Shown in pieces: positions 1 to 11,479 of a stretch of DNA of 64,000 nt. Both the position numbers and the translations under genes were made by a program. The notes under the pieces are model-generated. The model searched no databases, had not been told where the DNA came from, and saw only the letters and a list, made by a program, of their open reading frames with translations. The stretch lies in NCBI RefSeq assembly GCF_009834535.1, contig NC_045716.1, positions 22,010,001-22,074,000 of the forward strand. Reading direction: 5' to 3'. The stretch is from Camelus ferus (lineage: Eukaryota). How positions within the stretch are numbered: position 1 is the stretch's first letter; each line of letters begins with the position of its first letter.

Positions 1-600
1 CCTGCTGGCACAGCTCTGGGGAGTGCTGCCCCTGGATGGGAGAGGATGCAGTACGTGGCTACAACCTCTCTGTGGCAGCTCCACAGAAGAAAGTCTTGGG
101 GGAGATGCTGGGTCAGCCCAAGCATGCTGCCTCTCCTGTCCCTGGCTCCCAAGCAGGCAACTGTCTCTTGGTTTTCCTTTAGTCAGTTCATCTGGTCATC
201 CTGGCTCTCTCCGGGAGGGACATCTTTGCCAGGCTCAGTGTCCATCCGTGGGACCCCAAACCCCTTCCAGCTCAGCTCACAGTGCCCTTCTTAAGAGGTC
301 ATATCTGCACAGCTTGTTTCTTTGGTTTAAGGGCAGGAATGGAGGGGAAAGGACCGTCTCCACTTCTCTGGCCAGCTCTCTGAGGTGGAGGTGGGGATGG
401 CCCTGCCAGGCCTGCTAACCTCCTCTGGGTTGAAACCCTTAACACTGACCCGTATTGAGGCTGCCGGGTGGCAGCTTGTGCATGTAGTGGGAGTGGTTCC
501 CAGGACTGGGGCTTTGGGAGGGGCCCCAGGCAGGTGAGGGAGGCCTACCCCTGCCTCCTCAGCCCAGTTCCAATCCTGATGCTAGACGTGGCGTACACCT
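1..600 (-). other. EFNA1: EFNA1 3'UTR (part; continues beyond window start)
   Basis: Follows the EFNA1 TGA at 601-603 on the minus strand. No AATAAA seen in this part. Confidence 0.85.
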
Positions 601-713
601 TCATGGGGTCTGCAGCAGCAGGAATGGCAGGAGCAGCACAGCCCAGGCAAGTGGGAAGAGGCGGGGAGCGGCACTGTGACCGATGCTATGTAGAATCTGC
701 ACCTCTGGGTCAT
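601..713 (-). CDS. EFNA1: Ephrin-A1 exon 5 (GPI signal, stop)
   Basis: AG acceptor at 715-714. Encodes (D)DPEVQILHSIGHSAAPRLFPLAWAVLLLPFLLLQTP* with TGA at 603-601. Confidence 0.97.
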
Positions 714-865
714 CTGTAAGGTGAGAGGGCAAAGGCCCCCAGGGTTAGCCCTCAGCCCAATGAGGCTTCCCCAGCCCCTGGTGGCAAAGGAACCACCTCC
801 TTTATGCAACCTCTTCAAGCAGACTCCCTTTTGTGCCCCAGGCCCAATTTGCTCCAGATACCTAC

Positions 866-916
866 CTGCTGGAAGTCTCTTCTCCTGTGGATTGGCATGG
901 GCCTGAGGACTGTGAG
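866..916 (-). CDS. EFNA1: Ephrin-A1 exon 4 (51 nt)
   Basis: AG/GT bounded. Encodes (T)HSPQAHANPQEKRLPA. Confidence 0.96.
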
Positions 917-1078
917 CTGAAAGAAAAGGGTGGTCATAGGTCAGGTACTGTACCAAGGAGGCAGAGGGGTAGGAATGCTCGGTGAGCTGGGCAGTGGGAC
1001 TTCCCAACCATCCCAGATCACTAGACCAGGCCCAGGATAGAGGTGGAGGAAGGAGGCCCATAGGGCCCTGACACTCAC

Positions 1079-1144
1079 TGATTTTGCCGTTAACTGTCAC
1101 TTTCAACCTCAAGCACTGGTCTTCCTGGTGGTGAATGGGTTTGG
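1079..1144 (-). CDS. EFNA1: Ephrin-A1 exon 3 (66 nt)
   Basis: AG/GT bounded. Encodes (S)KPIHHQEDQCLRLKVTVNGKI, with the conserved CLRL cysteine. Confidence 0.97.
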
Positions 1145-1537
1145 CTACAAAATAAATTCCGAGTGTAAAGGAAGGAAACTTTGTTGGAAGAAAATGTAAG
1201 TGCAAATGCCTGAGGCCCTGCTTTTCCAGTTCCTGCTCATTTTAATCCCTCTCCTCCCTCTACTCTTTGATTCTCACTTTCATTAGTTTTTACCCACTTT
1301 CTGCACCAAGTTCAACCCAAGCACCCATTCTTTGGAATAACCCTTGGCTTTGAAGATGGTGGTAAAAAGAATATAGACACTGTCCGCTCCCCACAGTCCT
1401 CCCAGCAGGAAGTTGGGGGCAGCCTGCACAATATGCTCCCCTTCCCGAACCACTTTGTACTCACCCTGCCTAAGCCCCACTGACAGGGTGAGGCCTGGAT
1501 CCATTCTATACAAAGCTGATCTTAAAAATCCACCAGT

Positions 1538-1631
1538 AGGAGGGTGGGAATAGCTCAGTGGTAGAGCACATGCTTAGCATACATGAGGTCCTGGGTTCAA
1601 TCCCCAGTACCTTCATTTAAAAAAAAAAAAA
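1538..1631 (+). mobile_element. tRNA-Ala-derived camelid SINE (vic-1 type), short form, in EFNA1 intron 2
   Basis: Head TAGCTCAGTGGTAGAGC...TTAGC...GGTTCAATCCCCAGTAC, pure A tail, target-site duplication AAAAATCCACCAGT at 1524-1537 and 1632-1645. Confidence 0.9.
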
Positions 1632-2250
1632 AAAAATCCACCAGTGGCTCTCTACTGCCCTCAGGCAGGATAAAGTCCAAACTTCTTAGCACTTCTTAGG
1701 CCACGATGCTCTACCCCTATCTACCTCTCCAAGCTCCTATATCCCTACTTCCAAGTGTCCCTCCTGCTCCAGCCAGGCTGAACCATGTGGAGCTCTCTGA
1801 AGATGTCATGCTCTCTTTATACATGCCCCACCTCCTGGCCAACTCCTCTGGCTGTCCTAAGCTCTCAGGTCATCTTCCCCAGGAAGCCTTCTATGAGCGC
1901 CCCTAGACTGGCAGTTACCCAAGTCATTTTCTCAGGGCCCCCAAGCTCATATCCACCATCTCACCCTGTTCTAATGATGTGTTAATCTATGTGTGTCCCT
2001 TTCCAGCTTCTTGGAGGAGAGGGGCCCTGTAATGTTTTATTTATCCCTGTGCCTATAATGCCAAGCAGAGTGCCCAAGACACAGTAGAAGCTCACTTCAC
2101 ATTTGTAACGGAAGTGAATGAAAACAGAATTCAGAACTAGAAGGGGTGGTCTGCTGCTTGACTCTCCGATAAGCATATACCGAAGCACGTACAGCATACC
2201 ACTGCAGCCCCCAGTATATGCACCCGTGTGCATGCCTCCCGGGCACTCAC

Positions 2251-2546
2251 AGATGTAGTAGTAGCTGTGTCCCTCTTTGAACTCCTTGCCCAGGGTAAAG
2301 GGTGTGAAACGCTGGAACTTCTCAGACAGCTTCTCTGGGCCATGCCTGGCACTGGGCTGGTTGCACTGCCAGCGGACCTGGTCCTTGGACTGCGGTTGGC
2401 ATAGCTGGTACTGCTCACGCTCCACCAGGTACAATGTATACCGCTCCATGGCAGCATCTGCCACAGAGTCATCCTCGTAATGAGGACAGATGATGTCCAG
2501 GTAGTCATTCAGCCGCACATGTACTGTGTAGTCCTCATTCCGAAAC
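2251..2546 (-). CDS. EFNA1: Ephrin-A1 exon 2 (296 nt, receptor-binding domain)
   Basis: AG/GT bounded. Encodes FRNEDYTVHVRLNDYLDIICPHYED...WQCNQPSARHGPEKLSEKFQRFTPFTLGKEFKEGHSYYYI. Confidence 0.99.
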
Positions 2547-2639
2547 CTGGGCATGCACAGACGGGGAGGAAGCAGGTGGTCACTCAGAAGCCAGGCTAGA
2601 ACCCTGAGCTTCCAAATGTTTACATGATCCCTCACATTT

Positions 2640-3250
2640 CACACTGGACACCCCCCAAAGATTTAAAAAAAAAACAACTCAACTCCCAATATTTACTGAT
2701 CTTGATCTCTTAAATATCTTTCCATTATCTCCAAACATTCCTGTCACCGTCACTGTCTGCCACTAATACCCTAAATAGCACCTACTTAATGTCTTTCAGG
2801 TACCAAAACAATTCCCATAACCTTCTTGATATTTACCCAAGGGTGGGCTTCTAGATACTTCCTCAGTTCACTTTCCTACCCATAAATACTTCCCCAAATC
2901 TATTCTACCAGTTGCTCCTGTAAACATTATTAGACCTCAATCTGTGAACCTACTGGCCCATTCTATAATCAAGATCCAAGTAACCCTTTCTCTTTCCCAT
3001 GCTAGTACTTGGCGCCCAACTATCTATGTTTTCACTTCTCTTACTCCTCATGTTTTCCCCGATTCACTGAGTATATCTCACATTTTTCAGCTTCACTCTT
3101 CTCCCAACACCCAGTATATCCACACCCACAGATATGCCCAGTCGTTTTAAGTTAAATTGCTTTCATCAGTTCAGTCCTCTCAAATCTCCTCTACTGACTG
3201 CTCAAATCTATGCTCAGCTCTCCTTGCCCACTTCTCTCAAAGCACCCCAA
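2640..3250 (-). mobile_element. Degenerate L2 LINE fragment(s), EFNA1 intron 1
   Basis: C/T-rich degenerate sequence typical of L2. Boundaries approximate, judged by eye. Confidence 0.5.
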
Positions 3251-3726
3251 AACCTCCCTGTCCCTTTATCTCCAAAAGCCATTCTTTCACCTGCCTTGAA
3301 ATGAGCCCCAGAAATGCTGGAGTTCTCAGGTCTGACACGGCTTCTCCCCTCCCTCTTCCCAAGGTGGAGCCAGCTCCCCTCCCCCAGCCCATTCCCCCCA
3401 GGCTCCACAGGCTCCAGCCCGACTGCCCACCAGCTCCTCCCCCCAGCTCTAGACACCTGGCTCCAGTCTCGGTGGGGTCCTTGAGGGGAAAAAGAGCCTC
3501 CCCACCTCCCTCTCCAGGCTGGTCAGCTTCTCTGAATTCCCCCAAGCACTGCCAGCTAGAGACTCAGCAGAGTTGCCTGCCAACTTGCTTCAAACCAAAG
3601 CCCTGGGTTGGGGGTAAGGGGGAGGGGCAGGGTTAGGCCAAGAGGCCTCTGAGGTGGGCACCCACTGCCCAGTCAGCATGACCCTTAAGAGGCCTGGCCT
3701 TGCAGAGCCTGCCAGTGCTCAAGCTA

Positions 3727-3983
3727 NNNNNNNNNNNNNNNNNNNNNNNNNNNNNNNNNNNNNNNNNNNNNNNNNNNNNNNNNNNNNNNNNNNNNNNNNN
3801 NNNNNNNNNNNNNNNNNNNNNNNNNNNNNNNNNNNNNNNNNNNNNNNNNNNNNNNNNNNNNNNNNNNNNNNNNNNNNNNNNNNNNNNNNNNNNNNNNNNN
3901 NNNNNNNNNNNNNNNNNNNNNNNNNNNNNNNNNNNNNNNNNNNNNNNNNNNNNNNNNNNNNNNNNNNNNNNNNNNNNNNNNNN
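3727..3983. other. Assembly gap (N run), EFNA1 intron 1
   Basis: Run of N. Confidence 1.
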
Positions 3984-5834
3984 TAGCATTCATGAGAACC
4001 TGTGAAAATCTACCTTGTCAAACGCGGACAGCCCCCAGGCCCCCAGGATGGCCCAGTGCCCACTTGCTTTGGGCACTGTCCTCAAGGCAAAGGGAGCTGA
4101 AAGGTCTGAATGGGTCAGGTACCTGCCCCTCTTACACCAAGGAGGCCAGGGCCCAGCTCACAGCGGCACTATGCTTCTTCCCAGGCTGCCCCCTGCCTCG
4201 GGCCTGGAGATCCAGGGGCTGATGCCCACTGCCCTGAGTCACCCATGCCAGCCTCACACCCGCCCAGCTCACTGCCGCCTCATCTTTGCCTAAAGCTGGG
4301 CCTGGCTTGGCTGAGTGTGGACTCCACTCTGGCCTGGCTTTCCTTTAGTCCTGGGTATGGTAGGGTGAATGTGTGTGTGTTCCGATGGACAGGGCAGAAG
4401 CTATGCCTGGTGGGCGCACCCATCACCCCCCTCCAGGGGATACAATCTGCTCCAATTAGCACTCCTTTGACTCTTGCTCTCCATCTGGGAAGGGGGGCAG
4501 CGGCGTCAGGGAAGGCGGGGAGGTGGGGGCAAGGAAGAGGCTCCTTCCTGAAAGAGAGGAAACCTGGGAGCTTGGGAACGGAAAAGGCCAGGGTTCCCCC
4601 CCCAACTCACGGCTTCCTGTCCCCTCCTCCTCCTTCAGCCAACACCTGGCATGGGCATAAACAGGGACTTTGCTCTCTCCCTCTAGGATGAGATTGGGTC
4701 AAAGAAGCAAAGACCAGACAGTAAGAAGTGAGGTGGGGGAGGGCTGACTGCACTGCCCGGTTGGTGGCTGATGGGCAAGAGGGCATTGCCCTCTGGGGTT
4801 GGTAGCCCAACATGCCACAGATGACAGACACCCCCCCCCCCCCCGCAATGCCACCACAGAGTCAGAAGAAGCCGGCACAATATACTCCTCAAGGGGAGCT
4901 GGAGGCAGGCCTGCTAGGGCTGGGGGTGGTCCAGCTGAGTGGTGTTTTCCTGACCCCAAGGTGCCCAGCCCTCCACTCCCTACTTCATCACTTCACTGTA
5001 CCCCCCTCTCCTGTTTTCCCGCAAATATTGTTCCCATAACTTCAGAAAACTGAAGAACAAAGAACAAAGGGGTCCGAAGGAGCTTCTTCCTCCCAGTACC
5101 ATTTGCCTCACAGCCCTAAACCTGCCCAAGAGAAATTAACTCCTTCCTGCCTAGAGCCCTCTGTAACCCTTTAACCCTTTCCTGTCCTTCCGAAACTTTC
5201 CATGACCTCCCTCCCCACTTCTCTTCAGTTCTACAACCTGAACCTCAGAAACAGGTGACTCCCTCAGCCTACCACACACAGCATGTCCCTCACTCATGAC
5301 ACCTCAAAAGACCCTTCTGTGGGAGGGGAACTTTCCAGGGTCACCTTAAATACAGAATAAACCCTTAATGCCAGCAGCCCAAGTCCCTCCCTAGGGGTCC
5401 TTCCAGGATTACTGTGAGCATTCTGCTTACTCCTGATGTTCCGACATGTTAGTGTGGGCAGATGCCCAAGTGACACCCAAGGAGAGGCACAGAGGGTTTG
5501 GCTGTGGAAGAGCCTAGAACGAGAGCCCTGACGGCCAGGGAGAGTGGCCCCTGCAGGAGGCAGGAACTGTTCGGCATGCGTCCCTCACTTCGGAGTAATA
5601 GGGGTGCCAGAGGGAAGTAAAGGAAGGGCAGAACAGAGCCTGTGCAAGCAGATTGCAGGTAGGGTTCTGCCTGGGGTGGGATACTCACAGTTAGGGGAGA
5701 GAAGAAAATCTATGGGACCCTCCCGCCTCAGGTCACCTCCCCAAGACTCAGGTTAGGGGCTGGCCAGGACCGTTAACCTGGAGGTGGGGTGGGCAGTGCC
5801 AACCGGGCGCCCACGCTGTCGGCCGGAGACTCGG

Positions 5835-5966
5835 NNNNNNNNNNNNNNNNNNNNNNNNNNNNNNNNNNNNNNNNNNNNNNNNNNNNNNNNNNNNNNNNNN
5901 NNNNNNNNNNNNNNNNNNNNNNNNNNNNNNNNNNNNNNNNNNNNNNNNNNNNNNNNNNNNNNNNNN
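5835..5966 (-). other. EFNA1: Assembly gap expected to hold the EFNA1 ATG and coding exon 1 (92 nt)
   Basis: Visible coding exons total 526 nt. Adding 92 nt gives 618 nt (205 aa plus stop). The 5'UTR-like sequence runs into the gap. Confidence 0.85.
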
Positions 5967-6752
5967 GGGGCTCCTCGGGGTCTGGGTTCCCGCTGGCTCT
6001 CTCGGCGGCGCAGTCAGCACCGCGCACGCAGCTCTGGCCCCTTTGCCTCGCGACTCCGCCTTTTGGGCTGGCGCCGCCCGCCGCCCCGCCCCGCCCCCGC
6101 CCCGCCCGGCGTGCGGCTGCCCCGGGGCCTGGGGGCTGGGAAGGTGGAGGAGGGGAGGGCAGGGGGAGGGGGAGGGGAGCGGAGCGCGCGCCTTGGTGCG
6201 ACAAATCTGCTCAGCGCTGTGTGTTGGCTCATTCGTGGGTCCGCGTGCAGCTTTGTGGGCCTGTGCGGGGTGGTGGGTCTGTGTCCCGGGCGCAGTCGCG
6301 TGCGGGGGAAGGGAACCAACTCCAAGTTCGGCTCTGCGAACCCGCGGGTGCCGGACCTCTCTTGTCTCTGCGCGCGGATCTTGCAGGGTGCGACGTTGTT
6401 GATAGATTCCGCACCTTTCCCGAGCCTTGCACAGCCAGGCTCGGGCGCCCGCGTTCCCACACTCTCCTTCTACCCTCCCCCTTCCCGGACTCTGCGCTTG
6501 GCTGCCCCTCCCCACACACGCGGCTGTTTGTTTTTGTTGGGTTTGTCAATGTTGTCTTTGTTCGGGAGATTGTGTCATCGCCTAGATGCCGGGAATAAAG
6601 TGCGACCCTGTGTGTGATCAAGTGTGTAACGTGTGCGGCCGGGGTTAAGGGCGCCTCTGTCCATTAGTGCCTGTGGGAGGGAGGGACATTCGGGATCCTG
6701 GGCCTGCGAGGGGGTTCGCTCGTTTCTAGAGCGTCAAAGGGCACTAATGACC

Positions 6753-6774
6753 TGTGTGTGTGTGTGTGTGTGTG
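6753..6774 (+). repeat. (TG)11 microsatellite
   Basis: Read directly. Confidence 0.95.
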
Positions 6775-9700
6775 CGCCAACACACGTGTGTACCGTGCGA
6801 ACAGGCTTTGAATATGGACTGTGAGAATCTGGGCCTGAAGGGTGACAAACTGTAACCACACATGTGCATCTGGCATGTGTAAATACGTGCGATGGGGTGC
6901 AAGTGTGAAAGCGTTTGTGAGTAGTATCACAGCCGCGTGTCGGGAAGCGTGTGAAACTTTGCCGTACGTATGCTAATGTTTGTGAACAGCGTGTGAAGAG
7001 GAGAAACGTGCACAGGCGAACAGTGTATGGGGGATGGGGGCGGGCGAGGGGGATTTGTTGCATGGCGTCCTAGGCAGGGCGGCTAGGTCTGGCCCAGTTT
7101 GGGCAGGGTCTCCCAGTCAGTCAGGCCCCAGTACCCAGACCGACCCCCCCCCCCGCGCGCCATGTAAACAAACCCGCTGGAATTCGCCTCTCGGGGCTCC
7201 TCTCCCCGCTGGGCTCTGCTGCCATCTGGAGCGGGGTAGGCGGGTGGGTGTCTGCCTCCCAGCTCTCGGGGTGGAGAGGGAGGCAGGTGTTTGATTAGGT
7301 TCGCTCGCGCGTGTGTTTGTAGCAGGAGTGCCGAATGCTGTGTTTCTGCGTGCGTTTGGTAGTAGATGTGTGTGATTGTGTGGCTGTTTGCGTGCGCCCC
7401 CGGGGTTGGTTTTGGGAGTCTGTGCGCACCCCGGGGCAGTCCTACCACGCGGCTGCGCAACGCGGGAAGCCGCACACCCGGGGCTCCTGACAGGCTCGGA
7501 CCCAGCTTCCCAGGCTGTTTCATCCTCCTGTTTTACGGCCAGGCCTGCGACAGGCCCTGTAATTACGCGGAACCCGGACGCCGCGGCTTGTCCGGCGCTG
7601 ACCCCGCCGGGGAGGAGCCTGGGGCGGGGGAGGGCCCGCGCGGCCCCACCCAGCGTGGGGCGCAAGCGCTAGAGGCGGGACTCCGGCTGGCTCGCCGCGC
7701 GTAGGATAAATATTTACCCGGCGCGGACTAGGTGCTTGGCCTGGTAACCTCGCGGCCGGGTCTCGGCCTGGCTTTGCGCACGGCCCCCACCCTCACCCCT
7801 CGCGCGCACCTGCCCCAAGCGACGTGCCCGGCCCCGCGTTTACCAGAGGTGCAGCCCTCCTCTCCCCGCGGGTCCGAAGTCTACCCGCTTACCAGCCCCA
7901 GGGCGGCGTCTCACGCGCTTTTTGCTCACCTGGGAGGACGCCTGGGTGTCCGCCTGCCACGTGTCCCCGGCGAGATTACCCCATCCCACCTTCTTCCCAT
8001 GGAGTCGAAGTTCCACGAGGGCAGGGATATTTGTTTGTTTACGAGTGCTCGGCACAGCACCTAGCACACTTAGTAGGTGGTCGAGATAGATTTGTTGGGA
8101 AAAACTGTTGAGTGAACTCACTTTTCAGTGAAGGTACTTTACTTCTGCTGGACGTACTGCTTTGAAAAGAAGCCAGGAGAGGGGTTAGAGAGGGAAGGGG
8201 TGATGGTAGCTCTTCAGAGAGTGTGGCCCAGATTGCCCCCGGAGGAGACGGTTTGGGGCACATCCCCCCGTTTCTCTGGCCGCCGCGACTGCTGGGCGGG
8301 AACGTGTGGGGTCCCTGGGCTGCGCCTCTCTCTCGGGCCGGGCAGGTTCGGGCTCGCTTGGCCCAGCCCGGCGGGGCTACGTCCGTTCCCGCCCTGCCTG
8401 TGTCTAGGGCTGGAGTAAGCCGGGTAGAGAAGAGGTGGGGGGAAATTCTGGGCGCGAACGGAACGCGCAGCCGTCTTTCCTCGGCTGGGCGCTGTCCCCA
8501 GCATTCTCACTTAAGGCTTTGAGCTCATCACTCTTCTGCTATCCGAGTATTTGTGCGTTTGGGGCGTCATTCGTCAAACCTAAGGGGGCACCTCTAGATG
8601 CCGGGTGTTGTGATGGGCACCAAGGGTAAGGGAGCGTCTAGGTTAAAATCTCTGCCCTTGGTTAGCCCTCAGAATAATAGGGGAAATAGACAAGCCACCA
8701 TTTATACAACAAACTTGCTAAGTGGAAAAGTCTAGACTGCAGACCCACATCATGCACTCGCGCTGCCCTGATACTCCGAGAGCCGCTGCGACGCCTGGTG
8801 GACCTACGGGAGAGTTGCAGGCACTGACGGTGCGATCCAGACAGAGAACGCAGAGGGGACTTTTGGATCCAAGACTCAACCTGCAGACCAACTCAGCCCC
8901 GGTCCCTCCCCCATCCCAGCCCCCAGCCTGCCCAGGCGGGTCTAGTCTTGGTTCTCGCTTTGGACTACCTCTCATCACAAAGTTGTGCGCCTGTGTTGGC
9001 TCTTAGCACCGGCACCCTCAGGGAAACATCTGTGCTCAGCGGCGGGAGCTGTCTGAGGTGTCTGTCTGTCTGCCTGGCTAGGAAATTCCCCTCGTGAGTC
9101 CTTTCTGGGAATTCCTTGGGGACGGGATTAACCCTCTGAGTGCCCTGGGGGAGGTCTGGCCTCTGGAGGGAGGTGCTATCCACCTGTGGGATACTGCTGG
9201 CCTGGAGGTGCAATTTCCAGTCTGGAAGGGGCAGAGCTGCTTGATTGTTACTCCCTTGCTAAGTGCCCTGTGGTTTGAGGTGGGTACGGCCAGAACCACA
9301 GGGCCCTGGGGCGCAGGCTAACCTGGCCCAGCCCCCAAAGGAGTCACTGGGCAGTCGGCTAAGGCGGGGGTGGGGGAGTGGGGGGGTGATCCTGAGCCTG
9401 GAGCAGCCTCTGCTCCACTCCCTCAATGTCACTTTGAAAAGTAAAGTGTATATTTCCCATTTTATTCATAATGTGTGTATATCTTTCGAAAGTTAAAAAA
9501 GAGAACAGGAGAATAAAGGTGAACTACCAGCTACTGTTAACATTGTCAGCCCTTCCCTGCCAGCCTTTTGTTTGTGAGAATTCTTTTGCTTGCTTTTAGA
9601 GATTGTGTTAAATATGACTCATTTCCATTGTGTAATTCTTTTTTCCCCTTTAACTTTATGACAGAAGATATTCCCCACGTATAAACTCTTTGTAAACAAT

Positions 9701-10083
9701 ATTTTTAACCACTGCGTAATGTTTCATTGAGTGAGTGTTTCAGGGTTTGCTGTTGTGAGGAGGCAGGGTAGAAATAACAAACACATCCACATCCACACTC
9801 AAGCACTCAGCTGCTGAGCAGTTGAGCTGATTGGTTCCTAGAATTTACAAATAACCCTGAGATTAACTTTCATTCAACAAGTACAAATGGAGCCTTCACT
9901 CCGGCCTGAGATCTGGGTTGGGATTTGGGGCTGAGGGGTTAGTAGAGGATAATAGTTGAGGGCCCTGCCCTCATGAAGCTCGCATTTCAGGTGAAATCTG
10001 GGCATATGTGTGTCAAGATTTTGGAGAATTTCTCAGATATGGAAAAATGCCTTTGATATTGCCAAACCAAAGCCAGATTCTTT

Positions 10084-10225
10084 CTTTCTTTCTTTTTTTG
10101 GTTTGTTTTTGGGGGGAGGTAATGAGGTGTATTTATTATTATTTTTCTAATAGAGGTATTGGGGCTTGAACCCAGTACCTCCTGCATGCTAAGCATGTGC
10201 TCTACCACTGAGCTATTCCCTCCCC
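10084..10225 (-). mobile_element. vic-1-type SINE, copy A of tandem pair
   Basis: Reverse-complement tRNA-Ala head at about 10150-10225, plus tail. Confidence 0.9.
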
Positions 10226-10232
10226 ATTCTTT

Positions 10233-10394
10233 TTTAAAAATGTATTCATTTTTATTCGTTATTATTTTTTTTGGAGAGGGAGAGGGAGGTAATTAGGTTT
10301 ACTTATTTATTTTTAGAGGAGGTACAGGGGATTGAATCCAGGACCTCATGCAGGCTAAGCATACACTCTACCACTTGAGATGTACCCTCCCCTT
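10233..10394 (-). mobile_element. vic-1-type SINE, copy B of tandem pair
   Basis: More diverged head. The pair is flanked by CAAAGCCAGATTCTTT at 10068-10083 and 10395-10410. Confidence 0.88.
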
Positions 10395-10829
10395 CAAAGC
10401 CAGATTCTTTTGACTACTAGTCCAGTTTTCTTTTAACTGAGAACTAATGGATCTAACAAATGGATCTGTCCCTCCCCTACACTCAACTCAAAAGGGGGCC
10501 AAACTCTGGGAGAAGGTGGAATTCTCCCCCTGGGAGTCCACTGGAGGGAAGAGGAGTTTGGGAAGGATGGGGAGTGGGGGGGAGGAATGGGAGGGGTAGT
10601 GCTAAGGAGGATGGGACCATGGTTTCTGCCCAGAAAGCACCAGAAGGTGTTTTGTATCGCTGCTTCTTCCACCAAAAATTAACTAATCACTTATGTCAAA
10701 TACTGTACTGGGAGGTGCTGGGGACTCTGAAATATAACCTTGTCCTAAAGGAATCCAATCTCCTGGCAAACACATAATTAGAATATAAGATAAGAATTGT
10801 AATTGAGGTAAAAGTGGAACAACAGGCTC

Positions 10830-11260
10830 TGGGCTCACAGAGGAAGGAGTGTTTATCTGAGGTCAAGAAAGCCTCACAGAGGAGGGAATATATTTTTTTT
10901 TCATGTGCCTTTGAGTCTCTGCCAATGTAGCTGACTCAGTAGGAGATACTTGAAATGGGTTGTGGAGAATAAGTAGGTATTCACATTCAGGGATGAGAGG
11001 TAGAGTTTGTGCAGTGGATATCCTGGTGTAGCTGAAATGACAGAATGGGTCTCGGGAAATGGCAAGAGAGGGTAGCAGAAGGTGGTTCAGGGGCCATGTT
11101 GCCAAGGGCCTTGAATGCCATGCTCAGGATTTTGAACATTGCCCTGCAGCCCATAAATGCTTAAGTAGGAAACATAATCAGATTTGTATTTTAGAAAAAT
11201 CACTGTGGGTAACAGAGTGTGGATAGAGGACGGAGCTCAGGGGTAGGGGGGCTGGCTAGG
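10830..11260 (+). mobile_element. L2 LINE fragment
   Basis: Typical L2 wording such as 'gggccttgaatgccatgctcaggattttgaac...cagatttgtattttagaaaaatcact'. Approximate bounds. Confidence 0.6.
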
Positions 11261-11479
11261 CCTGAGCTGCAGGAGTTCCTTTGGATGTGAGGAGGGCCTG
11301 GAGCTGAGGGCCAGCAGTGGGGGGAGAGCAGAGAATGGATTAGTTGAGTTGTCTGACGCTGAGCCATGGGCAGGGGGCAGGGAGAAGTCTGGGATGGCTT
11401 GGTGGGCAGAAGTGTCACTTACAGATAGGAAACAGAGGCGAGGGACAGACCCGGGAAGGATAAATGAAGAGGACAGTTT

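Larger units (their letters stand above)
5740..8520. promoter_or_regulatory. EFNA1: EFNA1 promoter CpG island with GC boxes
   Basis: Dense CpG and CCCCGCCC repeats at about 6080-6110. The reverse complement of 5967-6025 resembles the EFNA1 5'UTR. Confidence 0.85.

Noticed and set aside
3633-4005. ORFs spanning N-runs (also 5748-6617, 39374-39828, 40019-41389, 47661-48540)
   Set aside because: Their length is inflated by X codons, and the flanks are low-complexity GC-rich translations.
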